Source of the DNA: Deltaproteobacteria bacterium
GTDB lineage: Bacteria > Myxococcota_A > UBA9160 > SMWR01
DNA length: 39,779 nt
Direction of reading: 5' to 3'
Assembly (NCBI GenBank): GCA_032128375.1
Contig: JAQBGU010000222.1
Span: 1 to 39,779 of the forward strand
Of the stretch, positions 27,751-37,333 are shown piece by piece (position 1 is the first letter of the stretch; each line of letters begins with the position of its first letter). The translations under genes were made by a program, and so were the position numbers. The notes under the pieces were generated by a model. That model was not told the origin of the DNA. It worked only from the letters and a program-made list of their open reading frames with translations, and did no database searches.

Positions 27751-28515
27751 GTGTCGGGCAATGCTCAGCTGGCCAGTTGGCTCGTTTTCAAACGGCCGGA
27801 AATCCAATCCGTAATGGAATCGCGCCTCGGCCCGGCAGCGCCGGGACCAGCCGCTGTAGAGTCCGAGGTGCTCCGCCGATTTCGCTCGTTTGCAGCGGTA
27901 TCGCTCCGTCGGGGTATGCACTCAGAACCCGCGCTCGAGGGCATCCGCGTTCAGGAGCGTCGCGTCACCGCATTGTTGAACGCTTGGTCCGACGCCGCAG
28001 CCGAAGTCGCGGGTGAACAGCCCGCGGGCGTCCGCGAGGCGCTGGCACCGCTGATCCTGCGGTTTCGTGCATCACTTCGCACCACGTCAGGAGCTCGCCG
28101 CTCGAGCGGGACTCCCCGCGCCGCAAGGCGGGCCGTCACAGCAGCCATCGATCGGGTCGCCGACGCATTTCTGGCGCTCGAAGCTGATACGGCTGTCATT
28201 GTAGATGCGAACCCGGCCATCGGCGCGCTGCTCGGAGTCGATCGAGACGCGCTGCTCGGAGTCGAAGCGATGCGCTTCGTGCCGGCAACCCTGCACGATG
28301 CCTGGTGGACCCAACTCGACGCGATGACCGAAGGTGCGGAGGCGCGCCGATTCGATACCGAATTGCAGGACTGCTTTGGCGCGGCGATCCGGGTCGAGTG
28401 TTCTATCACCTCGTTTGCAACGCGCAACCGCACGCTCGCGTTGATCCTGATGCGCCCAGCCACTCGACAAGTGCATTCAGTCGAGTCGACTCACCCAGCT
28501 CCGAGACCCCATTGA
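27751..28515 (+). CDS. Stand-alone PAS-domain protein (start uncertain, 27670-27814)
   Basis: DAFLALEADTAVIVDANPAIGALLGVDRDALLG is a PAS signature; no output domain follows. Confidence 0.72.
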   Translation: MSGNAQLASWLVFKRPEIQSVMESRLGPAAPGPAAVESEVLRRFRSFAAVSLRRGMHSEPALEGIRVQERRVTALLNAWSDAAAEVAGEQPAGVREALAPLILRFRASLRTTSGARRSSGTPRAARRAVTAAIDRVADAFLALEADTAVIVDANPAIGALLGVDRDALLGVEAMRFVPATLHDAWWTQLDAMTEGAEARRFDTELQDCFGAAIRVECSITSFATRNRTLALILMRPATRQVHSVESTHPAPRPH

Positions 28516-29579
28516 AAAAGCTTCGATGGGTCATTGGCGGACTGGTCGCGATTGTCGCGCTGGCGATGCTGTTTCGCGGTCCGATCTCGACGTCGCTGAT
28601 GCGCAGATTCGCCGCGCGGGCGATGTCGGCCGATCCCATCGCGGAACTGCCCGACGGCATTCACGTCGTGTTGTGTGGAGCGGGCAGTCCGCTGCCCGAT
28701 CCCGCGCGCTCCGGCCCGTGCGTCGGAATCGTGGCCGGCGGCAAGCTCTTCGTGGTCGATGTCGGCAGCGGTGCATCGCGCAACATGCAGCGGATGGGAC
28801 TGCCGACGGGTCAGCTGGCGGCGGTCTTTCTGACGCACTTCCACTCCGACCATATCGACGGGCTCGGCGAGTTGTCGCTGCAACGATGGGTCGGAGGAAC
28901 CCACGCCGAACCGCTTCGGCTAATTGGGCCGAGCGGAGTCGACGAGGTCGCCGCGGGCTTCGAGCGCGCCTACAGGATCGATAGTACCTACCGAGTTGCG
29001 CACCACGGTGAAGCGATCGCGCCACCCGGAGGCTTCGGGTTCGATCCGCGCCCCTTCCAATCTCCCGCACCCGATACCGGCCTGATCGTGTGGGACCAGG
29101 ACGGGCTTGTCGTCACGGCGTTCCGTGTCGATCACGATCCGGTCGAGCCGGCCGTCGGATACCGCTTCGACTACGCGGGTCGCTCGGTCGTGATCAGTGG
29201 CGACACCAAGAAGTCGCCAGTGATCGAGCGCATTGCGAAGGGGGCAGACCTGCTGGTTCACGAAGCGCTGGCACCGCATCTCGTAGAGATCATTACCGAA
29301 GCCGCTGTGCAGGCCGGCCGTAGCGCGCGAGCCAAGATTACGCGAGACATCGTCGACTACCACACCTCTCCCGTCGAAGCCGCTCAGACTGCCGAGGCGG
29401 CTGGCGTGGGACACCTGCTTTTCTATCACATCGTCCCACCGTTGCTCCTGCCAGGTATGGAAGCCGCATTCGTGCAGGGAGTGTCGGACGCGTACTCGGG
29501 TGACTTCACGGTCGGTACCGATGGAACCCGGGTATCCCTGCCGGGCGCCAGCGACGCGATCGAAGTTTCGGGGGGTTGA
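28512..29579 (+). CDS. MBL-fold metallo-hydrolase (RNase Z/AtsA-like) with an N-terminal membrane anchor
   Basis: LCGAGSPLP, VDVG, THFHSDH, VDHDP, SGDT, HEA, DYHT, YHIVP. TTG start overlaps the PAS gene stop. Confidence 0.9.
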   Translation: MKKLRWVIGGLVAIVALAMLFRGPISTSLMRRFAARAMSADPIAELPDGIHVVLCGAGSPLPDPARSGPCVGIVAGGKLFVVDVGSGASRNMQRMGLPTGQLAAVFLTHFHSDHIDGLGELSLQRWVGGTHAEPLRLIGPSGVDEVAAGFERAYRIDSTYRVAHHGEAIAPPGGFGFDPRPFQSPAPDTGLIVWDQDGLVVTAFRVDHDPVEPAVGYRFDYAGRSVVISGDTKKSPVIERIAKGADLLVHEALAPHLVEIITEAAVQAGRSARAKITRDIVDYHTSPVEAAQTAEAAGVGHLLFYHIVPPLLLPGMEAAFVQGVSDAYSGDFTVGTDGTRVSLPGASDAIEVSGG

Positions 29580-29624
29580 GCGAAAGAGAGAGAGAGAGCG
29601 AAGACCTTCAGCCGCTGGTTGGAG

Positions 29625-30341
29625 TCAGCCGAGTCGCTCGCGCAGGAACGCGACCATTTTCGCCCAGGCGTCTGCAGCGTCATCCGGACGAAACGCATCC
29701 GCTCGCGTGTCGTTCATGAAGGCGTGGCCAGCGCCCGGATACACGAATACCTGTGCGGGCTGGCCCGTCTGTGCCATGCGGGCCCGCAACTGGTCGATAT
29801 CTGCGAGCGGAATGAACTCGTCGTGGTCTCCAAAAAATGCCATCGTTGGGCAACTCAGATCGCGCACGGCGTCGAGCGGCTCGCGCGGCTTGAGTGCTGG
29901 GTCGAGCCCCTTTTCGTCGTACAAGATGCCATGTTGATGAGACAGCAGTCCGTAGAACGGCGCGCTCGCCGAGAGTCCGGTGCACGAACAACCCGCCATC
30001 AGCGCGTACATCCCGCCCATGCAGAACCCGATGATTCCGACGCGCTTGCCATCGGTCGCGGGTTGAGCGGCGAGGAAGTCGATGCCGGTCTGCGCGTCGC
30101 CTAGAACCTGCGGGTCCGACAGACCGCGCATCCAGACGCCCGGATTTTCGATCTTCACTTCATCGAGCCGCCGGTAGAGGTCGAGCGCAAGGACCGCGAA
30201 ACCCTCCGCGGCCAACCGGCCCGCGAGGTCGCGCGTGTGGTCAGTCAGTCCCCAGACATCGTGAATCATCACGACGCCGGGAACCGAGGACGTTGCTTCC
30301 GGGCGTGCAAAGAAACCGAGTTCGACGTCTGTCGTGTGCAT
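29625..30341 (-). CDS. Dienelactone hydrolase family protein
   Basis: IHDVWGL, GFCMGG, PFYG, DEFIP, GAGHAF. Confidence 0.93.
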   Translation of the reverse strand: MHTTDVELGFFARPEATSSVPGVVMIHDVWGLTDHTRDLAGRLAAEGFAVLALDLYRRLDEVKIENPGVWMRGLSDPQVLGDAQTGIDFLAAQPATDGKRVGIIGFCMGGMYALMAGCSCTGLSASAPFYGLLSHQHGILYDEKGLDPALKPREPLDAVRDLSCPTMAFFGDHDEFIPLADIDQLRARMAQTGQPAQVFVYPGAGHAFMNDTRADAFRPDDAADAWAKMVAFLRERLG

Positions 30342-30693
30342 GCGAGCGAGTATACCCAGCGAGCCGTCCGTTCAGGAGCCCGACCGATGATGGGTCGGGC
30401 GACGACCTGGAAGATCCCGCGAAGCGGTGCGCGCGAGCGGTCGGCTGTTCGAAGCAGCGCAATAAGCGCCTTGCCGCGCTCTCGTTCTGGCTGGCCAAGC
30501 CAGTCGGCCGCATCGATCAGATGTGCGGGAACGGCGCGGGAGTCGAGCCGCCCAAACGCTTTCGTGAGGAGCTGCACGAAGCTGGGCTCCAGGTCCAGTT
30601 CGCGACTGCGGCGGGCGGGATTCTGCGGGTTTCACCCCTCAGGCACCTCGAGCAGCCTGCCGATACAGAGATCTCCAACTCGAGGTCATCACA

Positions 30694-30906
30694 ATGGGCA
30701 AGCTCGCAGGAATCGCGCTGCTGATCGTCGCCTTCTGGGTCGCTGCCGAGCTTTCGACGAAGGGTACCGATGGGGCGTTCGGAGGCTTGTTTGCGTCCGA
30801 GGACCCCGTTGCCGAAATGCGCAGCACTCCCCAACGCGTCGGCGACAATGCGCGCCGGTCGATCAAAGCGGGGGAGGATCGCGTCGATCGGATGCTGGAT
30901 GAGTGA
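30694..30906 (+). CDS. Small hypothetical membrane-anchored protein
   Basis: 70 aa, N-terminal hydrophobic helix, GAGG upstream, GC3-rich codons. Confidence 0.6.
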   Translation: MGKLAGIALLIVAFWVAAELSTKGTDGAFGGLFASEDPVAEMRSTPQRVGDNARRSIKAGEDRVDRMLDE

Positions 30907-30955
30907 GCGGCGGGCGATTCGAAGTGCGCGTTACAAGTTTCACGGCCGGTTACTT

Positions 30956-30981
30956 CACTGCCGGCTAACACTGCCGGCTAA
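30956..30981. repeat. 13-bp tandem repeat x2 (CACTGCCGGCTAA) at the pntB stop
   Basis: Read directly; a degenerate third copy is at 30941-30952. Confidence 0.8.
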
Positions 30982-32375
30982 TTGAAGGCCCGAACCGCTT
31001 CGACGATCGATAGGACAACCTTCTTCGCATCGCCGAAGATCATCATCGTGTTGTCGTTGAAAAACAGCGGGTTCTGAATTCCGGCGAAACCCGGGTTCAT
31101 GCTGCGCTTGATCACGAACACGTGCTGCGCGCGGTCTGCGTCGAGGATCGGCATGCCGTAGATAGGGCTTCCCTTCTCGGTGCGCGCCTGCGGGTTGACG
31201 ACGTCGTTGGCACCGATGATCAACGCCACGTCGGTCTCGGGAAACTCGGGGTTGATTTCGTCCATCTCGACCAGATTCTCGTAGGGGACGTCGGCCTCGG
31301 CGAGCAACACGTTCATGTGGCCGGGCATTCGACCCGCGACCGGATGAATCGCGTACTTGACGCTGATCCCCGAGCCCTCGAGTAAGTTGCCCAATTCGCG
31401 CACCGCGTGTTGGGCCTGTGCGACCGCCATCCCGTAACCCGGTACGATGATGACCGACCGCGCGTTGGCGAAGATCACCGCGGCGTCCTCGGGCGTGTAG
31501 CCCTTGGCGGTCCCCTGCGACGCACCGTCCGCGGCACTCGCGCCGGCATCGGTTGCGGCGCCGAATGCCCCGAACAGCACGTTGGTGATCGAGCGGTTCA
31601 TCGCGTCGCACATGATCTTGGTCAAGATCAGACCCGATGCGCCGACCAACGAGCCACTGATCACCAGGCCGCTGTTGCCGAGCACGAAGCCGGTCGCACA
31701 GGCTGCGAGGCCGGAATAGGAATTCAACAGCGAGATCACGACCGGCATGTCGGCGCCGCCGATCGGTATCACCAGCAACACACCGAGTACGAGCGACACC
31801 GCTGCCAGCGCCCAGAACGGTGCTTGCCCGGAGAAACCCATCACCACCATCGCGCCGAGTACCAGCACGGAAACCGCGATCAAACCGTTGACGAAATTCT
31901 GGCCCGGGTAGGTGATCGCCGCGCCGCGCATCAATTCCTGCAGTTTCGCAAATGCGATCAGGCTCCCCGTAAAGGTAATCGCGCCGATCAACAGGCCCGC
32001 GACGATCGCGTACGGGACGATGCCCTCCGCGGTCACACCGGTGCGGTCGTACGTCAGGTACTCGGCGGTCGCGACCAGGGCTGATGCACCACCACCGAAG
32101 CCGTTGAGCAACGCCACCATCTGGGGCATCGCGGTCATCTCGATGCGCCGCGCGAGCACGACACCGATCCCAGAACCGACGACAATGCCGGCGAAGATCA
32201 CCGCGTAATCCACGACCTGCTGGATCAGCAGCGTGGCGACGATTGCGATCAGCATCCCGACCGCCGCGATCAGATTCCCGCGCGGTGCCGTCTTTGCAGA
32301 CGACAAGCCACGCATGCCGAGGATCAACAGAACCGCGGCCGCCAGGTACGCGAGCTGGATGATCTGGGTATTCAC
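30978..32375 (-). CDS. pntB: NAD(P) transhydrogenase beta subunit
   Basis: MPQMVALLNGFGG, IGGADMPVVISLLNSYSG, PGYGMAVAQAQ, HPVAGRMPGHMNVLLAEA, IGANDVVNP. Confidence 0.97.
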   Translation of the reverse strand: MNTQIIQLAYLAAAVLLILGMRGLSSAKTAPRGNLIAAVGMLIAIVATLLIQQVVDYAVIFAGIVVGSGIGVVLARRIEMTAMPQMVALLNGFGGGASALVATAEYLTYDRTGVTAEGIVPYAIVAGLLIGAITFTGSLIAFAKLQELMRGAAITYPGQNFVNGLIAVSVLVLGAMVVMGFSGQAPFWALAAVSLVLGVLLVIPIGGADMPVVISLLNSYSGLAACATGFVLGNSGLVISGSLVGASGLILTKIMCDAMNRSITNVLFGAFGAATDAGASAADGASQGTAKGYTPEDAAVIFANARSVIIVPGYGMAVAQAQHAVRELGNLLEGSGISVKYAIHPVAGRMPGHMNVLLAEADVPYENLVEMDEINPEFPETDVALIIGANDVVNPQARTEKGSPIYGMPILDADRAQHVFVIKRSMNPGFAGIQNPLFFNDNTMMIFGDAKKVVLSIVEAVRAFN

Positions 32376-32662
32376 GAGCGCTTCTTGGGCTGGAACATCT
32401 CGAGCATCCGGTTGGTCACCAGAAATCCGCCCACGACGTTGATGGTGGCAAACACGATCGCGACGAAACCCAACACCGTCGAAATCGTCCGGTCCGGATC
32501 GCCTGCCGCCAGGATCGCGCCGACGATCGTAATCCCGGAGATCGCGTTCGACCCCGACATCAGCGGGGTGTGAAGCAGCGGCGGGACCTTTGCGATCACT
32601 TCGAAGCCGACGAAGATCGACAGCGTGAAGATCGTCAGTGCTACGGCCGGATCATCGAGCAT
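32372..32662 (-). CDS. pntAB: NAD(P) transhydrogenase alpha subunit, membrane part
   Basis: VPPLLHTPLMSGSNAISG, INVVGGFLVTNRMLEMF. ATG 32662 overlaps the pntAA stop. Confidence 0.95.
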   Translation of the reverse strand: MLDDPAVALTIFTLSIFVGFEVIAKVPPLLHTPLMSGSNAISGITIVGAILAAGDPDRTISTVLGFVAIVFATINVVGGFLVTNRMLEMFQPKKRS

Positions 32663-33831
32663 CAGCCTTCGGCTCCTTCGGCCAGAGTACCCGCCAGAGC
32701 ACGGGCCGCTTCGTTGGTGATCACACCTGCATGGGTGAGCATCGCACCGCGGGTGATTTCGTCTTCTAGGTCGAGCACGAGTTCTCCTTCTGGCGCGAGA
32801 TGTTTCAGGAAGGTCACGACGTTTTTCGTGTACATCTGGCTGGCGTTGGCCGGGATCTCGCTCGGCAAGTTCGTGCGGCCGATGATCGTTACGCCGTGCA
32901 CCACGATGTCGCGGTCGGGTTCCGTGCACGCACAGTTGCCGCCCTTCTCCGCAGCGAGGTCGACGATCACCGAGCCTGGTTTCATCCCGATCACTGCGGC
33001 CTCGCTGATCAGCACAGGCGCGGGTTGCCCGGGTACGAGCGCGGTCGTGATGACCACATCCGATCCCGCCATGCGTTTGGCAAGCTGTTGCTGTTGGCGC
33101 TGGTAGAAATCTTCGGACTGTGCCTTCGCGTAGCCGCCCGCGTCCTGGGCGTCGCCCGCATCGAGATCGAGTTCGACGAAGCGAGCACCCAGGCTTTCGA
33201 CTTGTTCTTTGACGGCGGCACGCGTGTCATAGGCCTCTACGACCGCGCCGAGCCTGCGCGCAGTGGCAATCGCCTGAAGGCCCGCTACACCGGCGCCGAT
33301 CACCAGCACGCGCGCCGGAGAAATCGTACCAGCGGCCGTCACCAACATCGGGAAGATCTTCGGCAACGAAGCTGCGCTGAGCAGCACTGCTCGGTAGCCG
33401 GCGAGCGTGCTCATCGCCGAAAGCGCGTCCATCGACTGGGCGCGAGAGATCCGCGGCATCAATTCCATCGAAAAGGCCGTCACGTTCTGGCTGGCCAAAC
33501 GTCGGGCAACGTCCGGCAGGTCGAGTGGCTTCAAGAAACCGATGAACGCCGCTCCACTGCGGAGCGCATCGATCTCGTGAGTGCCGTCTTCCAGCAGGCC
33601 AGGGGGTTGAACCTTCACGACGAGGTCGGCACGCCTGAAGACCGCCTTCGGGTCGGCCTCGAGCTTCGCACCAGCCGCTTCATACGCGGCATCGTTGAAA
33701 CCGGACTCCGTGCCGGCTCCGGTCTGCACCACCAGTTCGATGCCAAGTTCCGACAGCACCTTCATCGCGTCCGGCACCAAGCCTACCCGGCGTTCACCCG
33801 GGGTCGTTTCCTTGGGAACTCCAACGATCAA
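32662..33831 (-). CDS. pntAA: NAD(P) transhydrogenase alpha subunit, soluble domain I
   Basis: GVPKETTPGERRV, RISRAQSMDALS, GAGVAGLQA, ITTALVPG, DLAAEKGGNC. Confidence 0.96.
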   Translation of the reverse strand: MIVGVPKETTPGERRVGLVPDAMKVLSELGIELVVQTGAGTESGFNDAAYEAAGAKLEADPKAVFRRADLVVKVQPPGLLEDGTHEIDALRSGAAFIGFLKPLDLPDVARRLASQNVTAFSMELMPRISRAQSMDALSAMSTLAGYRAVLLSAASLPKIFPMLVTAAGTISPARVLVIGAGVAGLQAIATARRLGAVVEAYDTRAAVKEQVESLGARFVELDLDAGDAQDAGGYAKAQSEDFYQRQQQQLAKRMAGSDVVITTALVPGQPAPVLISEAAVIGMKPGSVIVDLAAEKGGNCACTEPDRDIVVHGVTIIGRTNLPSEIPANASQMYTKNVVTFLKHLAPEGELVLDLEDEITRGAMLTHAGVITNEAARALAGTLAEGAEG

Positions 33832-33960
33832 TGACGACTCCAGTGGATGGCGCTCAGCAGGGACGACTCGGTACCGGTCAGAGAAGGCGGCGGACTATAG
33901 GGCAGCCCCCTCGGGGAAGCATCGACTGCAAGTCAACCGTCGTCAAGCGCTATCTGCCCG

Positions 33961-35133
33961 CTACGGGATCAGCCCCTGTACGGACTTCGGCATGTCGGTG
34001 GCTACCCGGATGATCGGGATGCCGGTCTGGGTGTTGGCGTGGAGTTCCGCCAGCGCCCTCGGCAAATCTTCGAATGGGTAGATCTCATCGTGCACAGTCG
34101 GCTTGAAGACCCGTCCATACATCTCGGTCGCGGCGTTGCACCCCTCGACGCTCTCGTAGTGGGTGTGATCCAGCGTGATCTGGCGGACGGAGAGATTCGC
34201 CGAGTTGTAGTGGTTCGCAGTATCGAGCTGCCAGCCAGCGCTGACGTTCACCCCCTGGCGACTCATGACGCGGAGGCCGGCCGGGAACACGGGGCCACGC
34301 AACATATCGCAGACGATGTGCGCACCTTCGGCGTCGGTCATCGTGCGAATGTGCTGGTAGAAGTTGCGCACATCGTCTCCGCTGGCGAAGCGATTGAACT
34401 GTTTCTGGTCGACTCCGTCAATTCCGAGTGTTTCGAGGTGCTTGCGCCGTTCGGCACTGCCGGAACAGAAAATCGCTCGGTGGCCCTCGCTCTGAGCGAT
34501 CATCAAGAACAGCTCTGAAACGCCGCCTCCGAACCCCAGGACATTGAGCCGCCAGCGTTTTTCAGTGGGGACTTTGAGGCGGTAGATGCCCAGCCCTCGA
34601 CGCCACAGGTGGTAGGCGGTGGGTGCGCGCAGCGGTAACGCCGCAATCTCCCACAGGTTGAGACCACACTCGAGGGGTGCTGGGATGATCTGCCAATCGC
34701 CGACAACGGCTTCTTTTGCGTACCAGCCAACGGAATCATCCATGTCGTAGGCCCAGATGCGGGACGCGAAACCGTACTCGTCGGGCAAACCGTTGCAGTG
34801 CGTAATGACAATATCGCCGGCGGAAAATCGCGTTACATCGCTTCCGACCTCGAGCACCTCGCCAAGCGCGCTATTGCCGGGATAAATTTTTCCGCCGCGT
34901 ACATCCGCGATGTTCTGGGTATCTGCCAGCGCCGCGTGGTCGACGTTGTGCTCAACCGACGCTGCCAGGATGCGCATGCGCACGTCGCTGCGGCCCATAT
35001 CGCGCAGCTCGAGGTCGTCGAGTGCGATCACACGCGATACGTCGAACTGGCCCATGTCGCCGCCGACTCGCTCGCTCTCTTTGGTGATGTTTTCGGCGCT
35101 GATGGAGAACGCTTGAGTCGTTTGGGGGGTCAT
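33961..35133 (-). CDS. Medium-chain dehydrogenase/reductase resembling crotonyl-CoA carboxylase/reductase (divergent)
   Basis: GroES-like VRMRILAASVEHN, PGNSALGEVLEVG, RIWAYD, WEIAALPLRAPTAYHL; Rossmann VLGFGGGV; no GHE or Cys4 zinc motifs. AGGA before ATG 35133. Confidence 0.75.
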   Translation of the reverse strand: MTPQTTQAFSISAENITKESERVGGDMGQFDVSRVIALDDLELRDMGRSDVRMRILAASVEHNVDHAALADTQNIADVRGGKIYPGNSALGEVLEVGSDVTRFSAGDIVITHCNGLPDEYGFASRIWAYDMDDSVGWYAKEAVVGDWQIIPAPLECGLNLWEIAALPLRAPTAYHLWRRGLGIYRLKVPTEKRWRLNVLGFGGGVSELFLMIAQSEGHRAIFCSGSAERRKHLETLGIDGVDQKQFNRFASGDDVRNFYQHIRTMTDAEGAHIVCDMLRGPVFPAGLRVMSRQGVNVSAGWQLDTANHYNSANLSVRQITLDHTHYESVEGCNAATEMYGRVFKPTVHDEIYPFEDLPRALAELHANTQTGIPIIRVATDMPKSVQGLIP

Positions 35134-35251
35134 TCGGGGGGTCCTTTGGCTGAGTCCGACGCTGAACCTTGGGCTGGCATTGTCAGCGGTAGACACTCGA
35201 TTGATCGACACGGGGTTGTGGACAAGTCGCAGACAGGTGGTCGACAGGTGG

Positions 35252-35311
35252 TTCCAGACACGTTTCCAGACACGCTTCCAGACACGCTTCCAGACACGCT
35301 TCCAGACACGT
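35252..35311. repeat. 12-bp tandem repeat x5 (TTCCAGACACGY), preceded by degenerate GACA-containing units from 35191
   Basis: Read directly. Confidence 0.95.
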
Positions 35312-35433
35312 AAAGCCAGGCGCGCTGAGGCCGCCCGTGCTCGAGCGGTCGAGCCGGTTTAGCATGCGGGTCGTTGCCGGAGCAACACGAAGGTACAAAC
35401 TCGAAGGTACAAAGGTCCGCTGCGAGCATCGCG

Positions 35434-36222
35434 ATGCCGATCCACCAGCCCTCCATCCACGAGATCGTTGCCCGCTTCGGCGAGCACAGCGCAGCCGCGT
35501 TCGGAATCGACCTGGACGACGATGCGCAGCTCGGGCGCTGGCTCATCGCGGTGTGTTTGACGGGTACGCGGGTCGACGAAGCCCGCTGGCAGCGGGCGTT
35601 CGCCGGGCTCGACCGCGTCGGGCTGGCGGATCCGAACTCGATCGTGAAGCGAGCAGCCTCCGGGGGCGACTGTTCGGAGGCCGACTCGGAAGGGATCACC
35701 GAGCTGAGCCCAACGCTCAGCACCGGTCTCGGTAACGCCGTCGCGGTGTTGGAAGCGACTCTGCTCGAGGCGAAACACCCCGACGCCGAGCGCGTCGCGT
35801 GGAAGCTGATGCGCGTTTCGGCCGGGCTGGTAGAGGACTACAGCGGCTCGCTGGAACGCCTGGTTCACAGCGCCGACAACCTCGAGGAACTGGGCGGCCG
35901 ACTCGCGGCGCTGGCATCTGGATTTGGCACGGCCAGCGTCACGCGTTTTCTGCGTCCACTGCGAGACCGCTGGGTCGAAGCGAGCGAACTCCCGCTACAC
36001 CCCTCGGCACTCGCAGCGGCCGTCCACGTGGGATGGATCGACGCCAGCACGGACCCGGATGTCGCGCTCGGCGCGCTGCGCGGCTACATCGCGACGACTG
36101 CAACGCCACCCGCCTTCCGCGATCTCGAAGCCGCGCTGGAACGGCTGGGAGCCTGGTGCCGGCGCAACCGGACCAAGACCTGTCCGCTCGGGGACATCTG
36201 CCCGGCGCGAATCTCCGGCTGA
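35434..36222 (+). CDS. HhH-GPD/endonuclease-III-like protein, degenerate
   Basis: FGIDL, RWLIAVCLTGTRV, YSGSLERL, HhH-like ASGFGTASVTRFLR, C-terminal CRRNRTKTCPLGDICP. Confidence 0.65.
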   Translation: MPIHQPSIHEIVARFGEHSAAAFGIDLDDDAQLGRWLIAVCLTGTRVDEARWQRAFAGLDRVGLADPNSIVKRAASGGDCSEADSEGITELSPTLSTGLGNAVAVLEATLLEAKHPDAERVAWKLMRVSAGLVEDYSGSLERLVHSADNLEELGGRLAALASGFGTASVTRFLRPLRDRWVEASELPLHPSALAAAVHVGWIDASTDPDVALGALRGYIATTATPPAFRDLEAALERLGAWCRRNRTKTCPLGDICPARISG

Positions 36223-36397
36223 TACCCGGCCAACCCGCCGGTTACCCGGATCACGTTTCGACACTGTCCACACACATCTGACATCGGCCCCGATTTTGGC
36301 GCGCTAGACCGATTCCCCCGGTTTCGTCCACACGGGATCAACACGCGGATCCGGCCCTGGCTGATGCTGATTTCCGCCGTGGCACCCGGTTGCGGAC

Positions 36398-37333
36398 CTA
36401 TTCGAGCCTCGGCCGACCCGTCCAGTCGCGGGGTACGGGGAGCCCAAGTAGTGACACCACTGTGGCTGCAGTGTCTTCGGTGCGGACGTCGAGCAGCGGT
36501 CCGGCTGCCGAAATTCCCTCACCCCAGGCGATCCACGGTATCTCCACATCATCGCTGTGGTCCGAACCGTGTGTCTGATCATGGCCGCCGTGATCTGCGG
36601 TGATGATCAATACGAGCGGGCGTTGCAGCCAGTCGGACAACTCGTCGATGAACTTCCCGAGCAGCGTGTCGATCATCTGAATGCGTTCGCGCTGCACTTC
36701 GCTACCCCATCCCTGGTCGTGCCCTGACAGGTCGACTTCGGCCAAGTGGATCATCGCAAAATCGGGTGACGCCGTGCGCATGTAGTCAAGCGCCTGCTCG
36801 AGTACCGAACGCGCATCCGGGCCCCACCGATAACGCTCGACGCCGGCTTCGTACTCGGCGAAATGGGCGAATTTTCGCTTGCCGGCGAAAAGGCCGCATC
36901 GCAGATGCGCGCGCCGGCACTCCGTATAGATAGTTGCAACCCCGATCTTGCTCCACGGCTGATAGCGGTTCCAGCGCACTTTGTGAACGCTCGGTGAAAC
37001 GCCGGAGATCATGCTGGTATGAGACGTCAGCGTGATACTCGGCACGACGCTGCGGGCAGTCGTTGCGACAACGCCCTGGCTCGCCAGGCGATCGATACGA
37101 GGTGTCGGCGTCGTAGCGAGAAATCGCGGTGCAAGCCCATCAATCGAAATCAGCACTACCAGCGGCTGCGTCGACGATCGCGTTCGAAGCGCTGAATCTG
37201 GCTCGTCGCGACCGATTCCTCCCGGCGCCATCCAATCGAAGATTGGCGCCCAGCCGAGCGCCAAGATCACCACGAGCGCCAGCCCACTGCGCAAGGTCCA
37301 GCGTGCCGCGCGCATCAACCGGCCTCGGATCAT
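36398..37333 (-). CDS. Alkaline phosphatase superfamily / nucleotide pyrophosphatase-phosphodiesterase
   Basis: ISIDGL, PSITLTSHTSMISG (Thr nucleophile), EVDLSGH, TADHGG; N-terminal signal or anchor. Confidence 0.88.
   Translation of the reverse strand: MIRGRLMRAARWTLRSGLALVVILALGWAPIFDWMAPGGIGRDEPDSALRTRSSTQPLVVLISIDGLAPRFLATTPTPRIDRLASQGVVATTARSVVPSITLTSHTSMISGVSPSVHKVRWNRYQPWSKIGVATIYTECRRAHLRCGLFAGKRKFAHFAEYEAGVERYRWGPDARSVLEQALDYMRTASPDFAMIHLAEVDLSGHDQGWGSEVQRERIQMIDTLLGKFIDELSDWLQRPLVLIITADHGGHDQTHGSDHSDDVEIPWIAWGEGISAAGPLLDVRTEDTAATVVSLLGLPVPRDWTGRPRLE

Noticed and set aside
30269..30635. Minus-strand ORF upstream of the dienelactone hydrolase
   Set aside because: Partly protein-like, but it has no clear start, overlaps the hydrolase and matches no family I recognise.
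35217..35225. DnaA-box-like TTGTCCACA (minus strand) suggesting an origin
   Set aside because: Single box, no AT-rich unwinding element, and no dnaA/dnaN or rep gene nearby.
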